The notes beneath the pieces were generated by a model. It ran no database searches and was not told the origin of the DNA. It saw only the letters and a list, made by a program, of their open reading frames with translations. A stretch of 64,000 bases of DNA from positions 124,001-188,000 of the forward strand of contig JAQGDQ010000239.1 of the NCBI GenBank assembly GCA_030141605.1. Direction: 5' to 3'. The number at the start of each line of letters is the position of its first letter. Within the stretch, counting starts at the first letter, position 1. The translations under genes and the position numbers were made by a program. Below, piece after piece: positions 1-14,049 of this stretch. The DNA comes from Tubiluchus corallicola (taxonomy: Eukaryota; Animalia; Priapulida).

Positions 1-815
1 AGTCCTATGATGGTTTGATAAACTTTTCCTGGAAATCGACAAAATTTGCAAACAGAAGAACAAGTTTCACATGTTTCTAATATGTGTTGGGCGAAATAAG
101 ATACATTCTGAACTTGAATCTTGAAAAGCTGAAACCAGTATTTGTTAAGTTTACCATCGAAATCAGTGTCATCTATGGTATTAGTACTATATCGAACTAT
201 GGTTGTTTTTCCAAGTTCCTAGTTTTCCTCTACTCTGATTCCACTGCCAATGTGACTTCGCTAATGTTGTGATTTTACTCCAACTTTTTCTCCGTAAACG
301 TTGGAGGAAAGCAGCATTGTGTATTGGAGTTATCATCTTTATACTTAGCCAAAGGAGGTCTTCATCTCTAAAGGTGGAATACGAATCAGACACCAGCGTC
401 TGTTCAAACTTCACCAGCTAAGTTTGAAATCCACCACTAAAAATAGCTCTGATTTTCATTAACTAATTGCTAACATTCTGTAAAATATATGGTAGAACAT
501 ATGGTAAATCATGGTAAAAGAACATATCATAAAAAACTGAGATTCAGGTTACATTAAAGCTAAAAGATGGGAAGTCTGCCTTTTATTGATAATATCATTT
601 TATTATAACAATAAAACGTGTTTTTTATTATAACTTAAAGTAATAAAAGTTAAAGGACAAGAAAACGGTCACCTGAAGTAGGTTTCAGAAAAATTGCCTT
701 AAAAATTATGCTACCTTGCAGCAATTTTATGCACATATCGTATTCATGTTGAAAGGAATTTTCGTTTGTTTTCATTTTTAATAACCCGCAATAGTGTTCC
801 GCCAGTGCCATTACA

Positions 816-823
816 TGACGTCA
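816..823. promoter_or_regulatory. CRE palindrome in a small CpG-containing patch; possible promoter
   Basis: TGACGTCA followed by CGCCAT within 785-835, in otherwise CpG-poor DNA. It could be the MGAT5 promoter, but this is unproven. Confidence 0.25.
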
Positions 824-3800
824 CTACGCCATGTAAATCAGGAGAAGAAAAGGCAATTATCTTAAATTATGACCCAAAAAACATTTTGTTTTAGTGACAA
901 TACCTTTTTTACTTAATAACACATGTTTCATTTTAATGACAATTTTTTTTTACTTTGCTCAAAACCATTTTTTATTTTATCAACAATTTACCTAATTTAA
1001 TGCATTAAAGCACCACATATCTGTCCAAAATTTGCATTAGCATTGTAAAACAGTGCTATTACTATAATGTTTTTGTAATGGCATCACGTTTACTAAATCT
1101 GCTAAATAATTACACAGCCTTACTAAATGAAACAATTCCATTTACATGCTATACATGTAATTATCATTGTCTTATGTGTGAGAGTGTGACTTATCATCTG
1201 TTGTTTGCCTGTTACTATTTAGAATGACTAAGTGCTGATAATTATTTTTATCTAGGATTTAGCTTGAAATTCACCTCCTAGGCATTTTAATTATTTACTG
1301 CTGTTAGGCGATTAGCCAACCTAAACTATTTTTTTATTCTTTTGATATTACGTTCATGTCTAACATTTGTATTACCTAACACATCAATTTTTCTTTGCTT
1401 AAACACAGGTGCTTGTAGCTTTATTTTAAACATTGTAGTCTATATTCATTCATTTTGTAGCCATTGGTTACTAAGCCCATATTATAAATTCTAATTGTTT
1501 ATTGCTACTGAAGATGGCTGTAAAGGAATTGTAATATAAAATTCTCCCAAATTTATCTGCTGCCATACAGTAACAGTACGAAAGTCAGATAGAGAACCGG
1601 CTGCTTTGGCATGTAACTTATGAAGGGGCCAGTGGTTATTAATTATACTGTGACAGCCTACCAGTAGTAAAGAGCAGCAGTTTGATGTGTGAAGGCTTGC
1701 CAGGCTGCTTATCATTAAATTGCACTAATAAATCATATCACTGATCTCTGATATCAGCAAAACTGAAGAAACTCCAAATGTTCAAATGGTATAAGTTTAT
1801 TTCTTCTCGTAGTTTAACCATCAATTCGAGGACTAAAAAACAAATGCTCATGCTGATAGCATGGGCAATCAAGTAGTGATGTACTAACTACTAGCAGACG
1901 TAAATAAAATTTAAAAAAATAATTTATGAATATAGTGGTAGATTATCAATGTAAATGCTCTTGTTAAGAAAAGCAAATGTTTCAACTACTGCTAGTCTGG
2001 GTCACTTCAGAAGCAAAGTGATCGCAGTTTACAAAAATCAATAAACATTTAGAGTAACTAAACTAAGTGCTTCCGTTTACATATGTAAGCATGACAGAAC
2101 TATGTTTTTGCTTTCTGACTGACTACTAAATACTAACAATGTGTAACAGGCGATACTTACAGTATTTGCAATTCATACATGTCTGAGTTCTAGCTTTATG
2201 CGAAGGAATTTCACCTACAACCTGTTGCTATAGCAATTAGTCTAAGTATCTAGATGAAATTGTCTCAAGGTCACTCTGGGATTTCATTTTTACTATGCAG
2301 TGTTTAATGGCTTACTGTGTAGGCTTCAATGTTAACGAAAGGAAACCACTTACTAGCTATTGGTAATAAATATAGGTGATTTCAAGCTAACAGAAAGAAA
2401 TTAATCAGCAAAAATATGAAAAAACTCATAATACATTTAATTTGTATGATGTAAGCAGCATTGATTTTTTTTGCTTCTGAAATGTATCTCAATCCTCTTA
2501 CATTACTTTCTGGAAATGTATTGGTTTCTTTTAATAACATTTCGCTTAATGTCACGTTTTGCTAGAATGCAGTAGCATCATTGAGCGAAGACTTATGGTA
2601 TAACTTAAAGGACAAACAAACACTTTTCATAAATAAAGCTTAAAAAATTCTTCTTGAAATTTTTTATTACTTATATGCTGTCTTATTGCATGCAAAGTTG
2701 CATTAGTAGTAACGCTGTAGAAAACTTGTAAATTTAAATGGCTGTGGTTAGTGGCGTGTGACACCTGGAACTTCGAGACAAATTCGAGATTACAGGTTGA
2801 TTATCATTTGAGATCGAGACTAAACTCTACTATATAATTTCCGAGAGCCTTGAAAGTTTGAGAGCAGGGGTGGAATTTCACCTTTTGCACAAAACTTCCT
2901 TTATTAACTGTTACTGAATTCACATAAAAATTAAATAAAAAAATTAGTTTTTGACTGAATGCAGTTGTACCAGTGTTGCAGTTTACATGATAATTTCAGA
3001 ACATACGAAAATTTAAACTTCATACCACGCAAAAAAGAGACTGTATGATAATCAATAATTATAAGATAATTTACTAATACGAAACCAGAAATTAAAAATA
3101 AACAGTGTGAAAAATTGTGCATCGAAAACTTTTAAAAATTACTGTTAGCCAATGGGAAGTAAATAAGCATTGTAGTTGGAAGTGGGCACCTCAGAGACCC
3201 TGTAAAAAACAGCAGTTCCAAAAAAAGAACGATAACGATAACTCTGCACTTGCTGAAATTATATATGTTTTAGTAAATTTAATTTTACACTGTCTTGTTA
3301 ATGCCACTTTTTAGTGCTATATTTACTTATTTACATTTGTGCAATAATTTGCTGGAATTTACAATAATTTTTGATTTTGAACGATTTGGTGGAAAATATG
3401 ATAATTTTTTTGTCTCCAATATGCCAATATGATAATTAGCATTGTACAAAATGGCAACTCTTTGGTGAACACTGGGATGCTTTACCAGTTGGTGCAAACA
3501 TTTTAAATTATCAACAGTTTTGTTTTCCAGTTACATAAGTCTTTCAAACTGGTAAGTGTAATGCAGTTATCACTGCAGTTATTGTTAGTGAAGTACAAGT
3601 TTTTTTGAAGGCCATAGTTTCTGTGGAAACCCGATATGAACAGGCAAGATGCATGCTACTAAAACAGAATGAAATCATCTTTGTATAATGTAAACAAGTG
3701 TGTTCTTGCCACAAAAAAGTCTCTCAAAAAAACTTGTTATTTTAATTTTTACATTCATGATGTTTTATACTCTTCGACACACTCTAAGGCAGAATCCAGC

Positions 3801-6375
3801 AGCACTCACTATAGGGCTTACTTAATGAGATGTATGTAGCCTTATCGTAGCCTGATAAAGCATCAAAGGTATATCTCTAAGATAAGGCATTAAACTGTCA
3901 GAAGCGCCTCGGCCCGCATTCAGATGTACCCATATTCTCAGTGAGATAAAATGGCCAAGGTTTTTGAATAATACTGCCCTTAGCAAGGGTTGAACTGTGG
4001 TGCCACACTCCACTCACATGAAGCGGATGCATCTGTCCATAACTAATAAAATACAGTTATGGGAAATTATTATTGAGTAGCTTAGACTCAGTAGTAAAGG
4101 TACTGCAATTTACTGGCTGACCTCATTTATATTTCCCCATGCCCTTAGCTGTTATTGGAATTGGAATTGCAGCATTTGACAGCTCTCTTTGACTGGAGAG
4201 TTCTGATATTGGATTGATATGTCTCTTGACTTCATATAATATATGGCTTGTTGTTAAATTTATGAATGTTTCTTTTTTGAGGCCATCAGTTTCTCAAAAA
4301 GTAAATCTCGAACTCACAGTTATACACAGTTAAATTTTGTTGCTTTTTGATGATCATTTATTCCATTTTAATCATATCTGTCGCAATAGGTTTTGTTCTT
4401 ACATTTTCAGATGGGTGACTTTGACAACTTTGCCTAATGTCATAAATTATTCGTCAATTTGACAACTCCATTTCAGTACTACATTATGCAAATTTGGTCA
4501 AAATTGACCATCATTTTTTCAAAAATTACTACAGTTTTGTCCTCATGAAACTCAAAATTCAGTTATCAGTTCTGAGGCTATTGAAATATTTAGTTATTCA
4601 AATGGGGGTTTCGCTCGTTTCTATAAATATTAAAGTGAGCGTGAAGTGCAAAACCTTGGGGCATAGTATTTTATAAAATAAAATAAAATTATAATGGTAA
4701 TCCTAACTATTATTACTCAGATATTATTTTTTTTCTTTTAGAGTTTAGATAAATAATTTCCTTACCTCTCTGCTTGAACATTTATGTGACTTGCTGCTTC
4801 ACATGCATATAATAATTGTCATGTAGTTTTATTAGGCTATATATATATATATATCTGAAAGTGGCTGAAACCCTGGTGCCAGTTCAGGATCTTGACTATG
4901 GAACTGCTCTTGATAATTAATTAGGTTCTAGTACTGCCACAAACATGATAATAATAAGTAGGACCTGTTATGTTGAGTCACTTGAGTACTTGATACTAGG
5001 TTGCAGTGTAATGAGCTATAATTCACCTTTACAAGTGAAAAAATACTTTGTACTTTCTGAACCTTCACAAAGGCCTCCTGTTAGTTAATTCCTCTTTGGG
5101 TACTTCAGCCTTTTTTGTGAAAGTTTGGGTACAAATTATGTGCCATTAAGCATAAAAACCAGCCTAGTAGAAGATTATTTAGCTATTTAATTTTTTTCCA
5201 TTTTATAATTTGTGTGTCTTGTAGACTAAGCCTATCCATTACAACAGTCTTTCTGCCTCAGCAATTTCTCCATTAAAGCAGTAGACTGGTGTTACTTTAC
5301 TCTTTTATTTTGTGATCAGTTGTACGTCCAAATGCCTTCTGGGTAGGATTTTTCTCAAATGTTAGATACACTGCTTTAATTGCTTTAGTTTACGTGTTTG
5401 AATAGACGGATAATTATAGCTTTTCCATTATAACAATACTTGGATTACAGACTAGCGAGTGAAAGTAAAATTAGGCCATTGTTCACTGGACCAATTCATT
5501 GCATTGATTTTCAGGGCTATGTTGAATGCAATGCTTCTAGTGACCATTAAAATACCTTAGTTACTGAGATGTAAAGCATTTATTTTCTGTTGCTGCAGAT
5601 ATCTTTTTAAGGCTTACATTTTATTGTGTGGTGGATGTATCGTATTGAAATATCAAAGTGTAATCCTTTGAGTCTTTGAGGCATTATATTTTCTGTGTGG
5701 CTGATGCAGCAACAGAGTTGCAGCACTGTATAATTACGTGTTAATTGCCTCTGCTGGCATGTTGATAATGCTCTGTTTCTTTAAAGTGAAGTGCTAATGT
5801 AACTATATGTGAAACATAAATATGCACATATAGTTATTGGAATTACTCGAATTTGTTTGAGATTTTAAGTAACTAAAAACTTATTTTCACACTAAGTTGA
5901 TCAATTATTAACTTGCAGCTTTGAAGTATAATCGAGTTTATTTGACTCTCTTGTAATATATTCATGTTGGCAACAGTTGTATTGTTGAAGTTAGTTAAGT
6001 AACCTAGTTTATCGTGCATCCTTGAACCATGTCTGCCATTTTTGGTGCTCATCAAAAGGAATTTTTTAATTGCTTACAATTTTGCAGTTAATAATTATTT
6101 AATGATAATTATATATATGTCTTAGATTTCAAGATTATTTATTTGTAGTGAAACTAGTAATGATGGAAAACAATCAACAATAAAATTTTTGACATCAAAT
6201 ATGGTCGAGGGAAGAAATGTGAAAAATACGAGCTGGTTATGGATTTGAACCAATGACCTTCTAATTTCTAGAAAAAATATAGGTTTGTCCTATCATTAAC
6301 TGATAATATATGCATATGAATTTCTGTTTCTGAGCTAGCTCTTTGTTTCAGAGAATGCAATTGTGACCTAGCATT

Positions 6376-7954
6376 ATGAGACTGCGACTGGGGTGCATGG
6401 GGCGACAACGTTTTCTGTTGCTCATGCTCATGTGCTTCTTGTTGTGGTCTCTATGCCTGCTGATGTTTCTCTATTACATTCCATCTTCAAAGAATTACTC
6501 GACATTGGATGCACATAGCTATAAGGTACTGAGGATGATTTTACTCGTTTTTTATTATTTCAGAGAAATTGGCAGGCATTGGTAAAAGTGTCCGTATAAA
6601 GGTAAGGAGGTAGGGAGAGAGCAGAAAATTGTAAATGCTGATCACGTCATTCACTGAATTTAGTATATCAAAATTGGCTCCATCTTGATGTGAAATGTAT
6701 AATATTGAACTTGCAAACTTGTTAATTACTTTGTATTTGTAGAAACTGCAAGCTACGAAAAAAGAAACAAGACTAAATTTATATTTACTGATTTACATGA
6801 CTAGTTGCTTTATTACATGCAGAGAAACAATACAAAAACTGTGCAGTTGTACAATGATAATGATAATATGATGTAAAACTACATGACATAGGATTAGTAA
6901 TGCTAAGAGAAGCACTAATAATTGCTAAAGCTTTTTAGCTAATCAAGCATCACACTAATTTTAGTACATATGTGAACTTCTCAAAATTGTATGACATTTA
7001 TCAAAAAGAGGGACACTAAAACAAATGGCCAGATACCCAGTTGAGGATCTGTAAAGTGTCTGATCACTATCCAAATATCAAAGCAAATTTTATAACCTAA
7101 GGATTCAAACTACAGCCTAAACAACAGGATATGTATAAGCTGATTCATACTACAAAGAGATATTCAGGTTTTGAGTATAAAACTACAGGCTTGAGTGCTC
7201 AAACTACAGATGTGCACTGATGCGTTGAAAAAGAAGAAATTTAGACAATCTCTGTTCAATATTGCAACATTGTGACAGTTATCAGTATTGTACAATATGT
7301 AAATGTTCGTTATTGTAGAACCATGGAATTACGCATTTTTATTTACTTCCTTGCAGTCTGAGTTTGACGATGACTTTCATTTTGCTCCAGCTGAACTGGA
7401 CCGCAATTCTTTGGCATTAATTAGTGATCTCAACAAAATGGAGAAAAGGCTAGAAATACTTGAGGCACAACTAAGAGTTCTTTCTCTGGCCAACTCTTCT
7501 TTGAAAACACATTTTTATGAGTCCATGCAAGGTATCAGTCACTCAGTCTTAACTTCTCTGTCTAATAGCGTAAATCTCATAAATCCATCGTCCACAAATT
7601 CCGTTGTTGAGTGACCTTAAAAATGCAATTTATTTGGAATATGAGCATTAAATAATCTAACTAGATAAATTTTAAAATTTCTAAAACAACTTGGCAATTT
7701 TGTTCCTTCTGGTTCATTCATCAGATTTATTCAAGACAGAATGTAAAAAAATGCTTGTCTTTTATATTAGAAGTACTATAATAGAAAAAACTTGCCTTTG
7801 TTTTACCACATTTTGTGCTGTTAAATTAATTAAAAACTTTTGTGTAGGTGGATATGTGTAATTTTTTTATTTCGTACATGCATAAGAATAATTTATGCCT
7901 GCATGCATAAGATTTTGTATATATATTCCTAATATATATATATATATATATTAG

Positions 7955-8012
<58 letters not shown>

Positions 8013-10756
8013 TCCCAATATGTATATTCCGCATGTTATATTCTTGTGAAGATGTGAAGATATTAGCATGATGATAGATTACACTTATTAGTATGAGGAA
8101 AAAGTAATCAGATGCTGTTAAATTACATTTAGATGCAAAGAATATTGTAAATGGTTTAAAGGTAAAAGAGAGGGAACGTATGGAACGTGAAAAAAGTGAG
8201 TTGTTTGTTATTTGCAAATAAAATTGCAGGTCCAACTTGTATTATTTCTCTTGTTAACAGTAGTGGTTGCTTTGCAAACAAGCTCTGGTAAATTTCTTTT
8301 GTTCTGAAAATGCATTTAAAAAGTAATCATTATAATGCAAAGTAATTTTTTTTAGTGTTAACTATTTTCATTTATGCTTAGCTTTTATTATACTAGCTGG
8401 TGTATACTATATACTTGCTTTGTTAGTATTTTCAGTCTGTAAGCTGTAGCTTCAATGGTAGAAAATCAGCATATGTGCAAAAATAAAACATATGTCTTAT
8501 ATGTGCGTGTGTGTAGGGCAAATTCTCCAGCAATTAATTGTGTTAAATGTTAGTGGTTTAATGTGTTCTGGTTAATGTGTGTGACTAAAAAATATCATTT
8601 TCTTTTATTATCTGCAGTATGCATGCTAGCGGCTAACTCATCACAGCAATATCCAAACTGTCTTTCTAAAGTAGCATACATGCACAATGCTTGGAGTTCA
8701 CATGACTGCTATGCTGATCATGGCGTTGACGGGTCAGACTGTTCTATTCTAAGATATCTCAGTGAGGTAATACTATTATCTGGTTTGAAAATGTAACACT
8801 GTTTGTTAGATTTAAACTAAATATGTTTATGTTAGTATATCTTAACTGTAGTAAATATATATATCTGTATTGTAAATGTAATGTTGAGAATAAGGTTGCT
8901 TTAAATTTATATTCTTAGGGCAATATAGTGATTAGACACATAGATAGATAGGTAGATAGATAGAGTAATCTTTGTTTACCATTAAATTTTTACTGATTAA
9001 CAGTAAATTATGTTAAGCGTATGACAGTTGACATGCCAGTAATTTTCCACAGATAAAAAAAGTGTTATTTTGTAATGGCATTTTAAAGAAGCATGTAAAA
9101 ATATCAGCTCTGAACTGATGAAATAGTGGATTAATACGATGCAGGAGTATCAGAATAAAATGATATAAAATGTTGGTTATAGGTTATAGAGATAACAATA
9201 AGCTTTGCAGTCTGTGTTGAAATCAGTTTGTTTTAAACAATATTTAAAACTTTATTGTGAGAGATTTCTTCACAGAGCTATGTGCATTATAACAAAATTG
9301 TAACTTTGCATTTTTAATATGCAGAATGCATTATTGTAACCTCAGCTTGACTGGATATTACTTGAAGACTTTTTCTGATGGAAATGATAATTGCCTTTCT
9401 GATTAGACATTAATAAGAAGCTAGTCAAGTAGTAAGAATTTTACCTATTCGCAGTGTTAGTTAGCTATCTATTTCATGGATTCCTAATTTCTTGACAGGT
9501 AGAACAGTTTTGTCCATTATTACCTTGGAGGCAGAAGGAAATAACTGAGACCATCACAAAAGCAGCAGAGCAATTTGTAGAAGCAATGCCACAGTTTGAT
9601 TTGAAGAATTTGTTTGACTCAGTTTTAATTGGTATAAGAGAATTATTTGAAATATTGGTATACTTGTAATTGATTTAAACTCTTAAGATGCCTTCAATTT
9701 TATTGAAGAGTTTGGCGACTAATTTTGCATATTAGACTATAAGTATATATAGCTTTTAATGATTCTTTATGACATTTGGTGTGAAATTAATTCATTTTTT
9801 ACATATTTTTTATTTTTTTGTATACAGATGATGTTGCAAATTATGTTTGGATAAAAAACCGAATAGGTAATATGTGGGATCGCTGGAAAAAAGCATATCA
9901 GAATTTGTCTTCCAAGTTTGATATGAAGAGAAGAGCAAAGAAAAAGGTTGTTGAAAGAGCTTGTTGGCTGGCTTACAGGAAAAAATGCAGATTTACTAAA
10001 AAATATCATTTCAAAAGGAATGCTAATTTAATTAACTAAAACAGTTGGGAAAATTCATGTCTTCATAATCCAGCATGTAGCACTAGTAATCATATATACT
10101 GAACACATTGGCTATCATTTTTTTTTTGTTATAAAGAGGAAACAACCAACATACATGTCAGACAAAAATGTTTGGATAAAAATATGTTTCGCTGCTCCGT
10201 AGCACAGTTTTTTATTGTCTATTTTTCGTTTTTTACCACGCGGGAACGTCAAATTCGATTAATTTATTATTTATGAGTGAAAAGTTACATGTCTTGTTCA
10301 GATGGAGTTGAAAGTGTTAAAATAATAATGTTATGTCTTAAACTTAATATAGTGGGTTTTTGGATGTTTGTCGACTATTTTTTACTTTAATTACTTGCTT
10401 CATTTAGGATGCAAGTGTTGTAGATTGCAACTGCTTGCTGTGTGCTAAAAGAAATCCCAGCTAGCCCTTTTCATTAGATTTGTATGGCCTTGACACATGT
10501 ATACATAAACACTTGAAAATCAACAGAAAATTTAATGAACGAATCAAGTTAAATGATTCTTTTCATAGATTCTATTGCACATGGGATTGTTAACTAAAAC
10601 ATCTAAATTACATTGGTCTGAAAAAATCGCGGCTGGTTCAGGAGCACCACTGGGGGAGCTAGTGCAGTGGAGTGATTTGATTGCCTCACTGTATATTCTT
10701 GGTCATGAGTTACATGTTTCTAGTCAAATGGAAACACTTAAAAAGTATGTATTGCA

Positions 10757-10801
<45 letters not shown>

Positions 10802-13800
10802 ATAATCCATCTGCTATTTACATATAAATATATATATATATATTTATACATATATTGATAAAAAAGTAATGAATTGTGATGTGTAAAAATTTACAAAAAA
10901 TGCATCAATCACTTGCAGTTTATTTGATCCTCGAGAACTTGCAACCATTATCTCATTTTGCCTTCTTGTTCATTTTTTGCTTTTTCTGATTTATGTTCAT
11001 TTAAATATCTTATTATTTATGTTAACAGTTTTTAAAGTTTCTATCTAAGTTTGCCTGTGAGATCTCCTGTGCCATGTTTCACATATTCACTGGAGAAAAC
11101 ATTCCTTTCTCTGCCAGCCTAGATATCCTTGTGCATTTCACAGGTATTTTTTCTTAGTTCTAAAGCATTATATGGTTAATTTTCTTGCTGTTCTGCTTTT
11201 TAGGTCTTTACAATGAGCAGTATATGGTCTACCATATACTCTGCTAATGTTCAAATTAATATTGAATTTTTTTTAGCTTATTATTTCTGGACAAAACTCA
11301 GTTGGCACCCTGTCCTTCAAGACTGCGCTTTATGGATATCATATATCTTGACATTATTGGCTTGAATCAAATGAAGAAGTTAACAAAGGGCGGCTTTCTA
11401 AAATACTCGTAAGTGGTTATTAATCTTTACAAATTATCCCATCTTGAAAAACCAATTGAAGTATTTGTAGGAAATTGGCTTAACTAGAATTTGAAAAATA
11501 ACTGGCTTACCTAATCAGTGACATATTATTGCTAATAATCAGTTTATTTCTATGAGTTATATCAGATTAAATGAGAAATGGTCAAGCTTAATTAATATAC
11601 TGTGTCATTTACAGCTGCACAGTAAGAGTTCTGGATTCATTTGGTACTGAGCCACAATTCAATTCAAAAGTATATGCTACATCACACAAACTAAAGACTC
11701 AGTGGGGAAAACATGATTTGATGCCAAAGCAGTTCTACACTATGTACCGTAAGCACTAGTTTATTAGACAATTATTGTGATTATTTTTAAATTTAAAATC
11801 CAAGTTATTTAAATGTGTGATTAATCTGAAGTTCAATGAAAAATTTTAGAAGTTTTATATTCTATACCTGTGGTCTGTCGTCAGCAGGTCAATGTTATAC
11901 ATTTAGTAATTATTAATAGTAATAGTTCTGACAGGGTTGCTGACCCTAATATACATTATTACATTATTCTATCAATTATTTGTATTTATATTAAGTGATA
12001 TCATTGTCACTTATCTTGTTGTTTGTAAAAAAGTAAAAATATGTATGTATTTACATACATATATATGCATAAATATATATACATATACATATATATATGC
12101 ACAAATATATATACATACATATATATGCATAAATATATATATATATATATATATAGTACAAAAACAGAAAAATTATTTGTTATATGGCTTGTACAAAGTT
12201 GCAAAAAATAGCTTACTTTTTTCCTTGTTTCTTAGACATTTGTGGCTACCAAGGATACAGTTTTGTTACTGTCATTTCTAAAAGCATGAGCTAGAGCATA
12301 GTGCCCTAATTTTAACTGAGAAAATTGCTTACCAATGTTGTTAAATCTTTAGCTCACACCCCAGACAATTCATTTATGGGGTTTGTAGTGGATGTTGCTG
12401 ACCCATCCAGCATAAGTACCAGACCTAGAAATAAGACTGCTCTCATTTATGGCAAAGAGGCATACATGTGGGAGGTAACTAGAATGTGACTTGAATTGTA
12501 ATTACTAGATTGTCTTGCTGTAAATTAACATAATGAATTTATTGCCATTGCACTGTGTTTCATGACCAGTAGTTTATGTTTGGCACTTCATGTTTTGAAA
12601 TCAGTGAATGAATATTGATGCTGTAGGTCGTAATTTCAGCTGTGTGATACAGTTGTATTTTCATTTCACAATTATTCTGTTCTTTTAAGCAGGCAATGCT
12701 AATACAATTGCATTTTATATATTTGAGCTTCCTTCTGGGCCATTTTGAGATGTGTTTTTTTATTCTCCCATTTTGCCATCCATTTTGTTCTCAAATTGGT
12801 CATCTTACTGGATTTATTTTTGTAGTGTGGCTTTTCTGACTTTGTTGTGAGCTGGCTGCAGAATTGTTTCTCCAGTTAAACTGCATTGCACATAGTAATG
12901 AATTCTAAATAATAAAAATTAGGTTTTCTGTCAGCTCCTTTCATATCTTTTATAGCCATTATTTCAGTTATGAAAATCATATTTCTTTCCACTGTTACAG
13001 GGCTTTAAAAGTTACATAAATGTCATACATGAGTTTGCCAATATCCATGCCACTGTGTCAGTAGATAAGAGCACAGTGGTTAAATTGCCAGAGTATGTGA
13101 AAAATCATGGGATATTGTCCTCTAAAGAGCTGCAAAAGTTATTGCAAGAAACTAAGGTAAGGTAATGTTTGTACTTATTGCAAGAAACTAAGGTAAAGGT
13201 AATGTTTGTACTGAGTGTTTTGGTACTGCAGTGTTAGTAACTAATTGTAAGATTGTAGGCTAATCATTTTTACGAATGAAAAATTTAAGGTCATTAGTTT
13301 TTCAAACTGCAGTAAATTTTTGCACTCTTTCATTTTATCCACAGTTATTTGTGTTTTATTTTTGCAGATTCTATAGCCACAACTAACAGTGTACATGTTA
13401 TGTAGAGAACATAGCTATTTTGCATTAAAATTTAGTTTGTTATTCCAAGGGAAAACGTTACTTACGCAAAAATATTATGAACGGAATTAAGTGTTTGCAT
13501 TAGACTTATCTTAAATTCTGTCTGCATCAAGTTAGGTTAAATACTGTTGCCTAATATTTTGTCAATAGAAACAAACTATATTTAGTTCACATCAAATAAT
13601 TGACGATTTTATTTGATACTGTAAATCATCTTCACATCAAATTAAAATTGTCAGCTGGTGCTTACAGAAATTATTTCTGTGGCTATAAAATTCTTTTGTG
13701 CATTTATCCCATTCTCATACTAAGTCAAATATTCTTAACATGAGTTTAGTGCTTTGTTTAAGCCTATATACAAAAATACTAAATTCAGTATTGTTTTAGT

Positions 13801-13987
13801 TATTTGTAGGTCTCGGCTTTCCTTACGAGGGTCCAGCACCTCTGGAAGCCATTGCAAGTGGTTGTATATTTATTAACCCCAAATTTATACCACCGAAGAA
13901 CAGAGAGAACACGAAGTTCTTTGCTGACAAACCTACCTTTAGAGCTGTAAGTATGTAAGAGGCCTATATTTAGTGTCGTGTAATGCA

Positions 13988-14049
<62 letters not shown>

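Noticed and set aside
6229-6271. tRNA-like B-box (GGTTCAAATCC on the minus strand)
   Set aside because: No A-box and no cloverleaf can be formed; at most a SINE or tRNA remnant.
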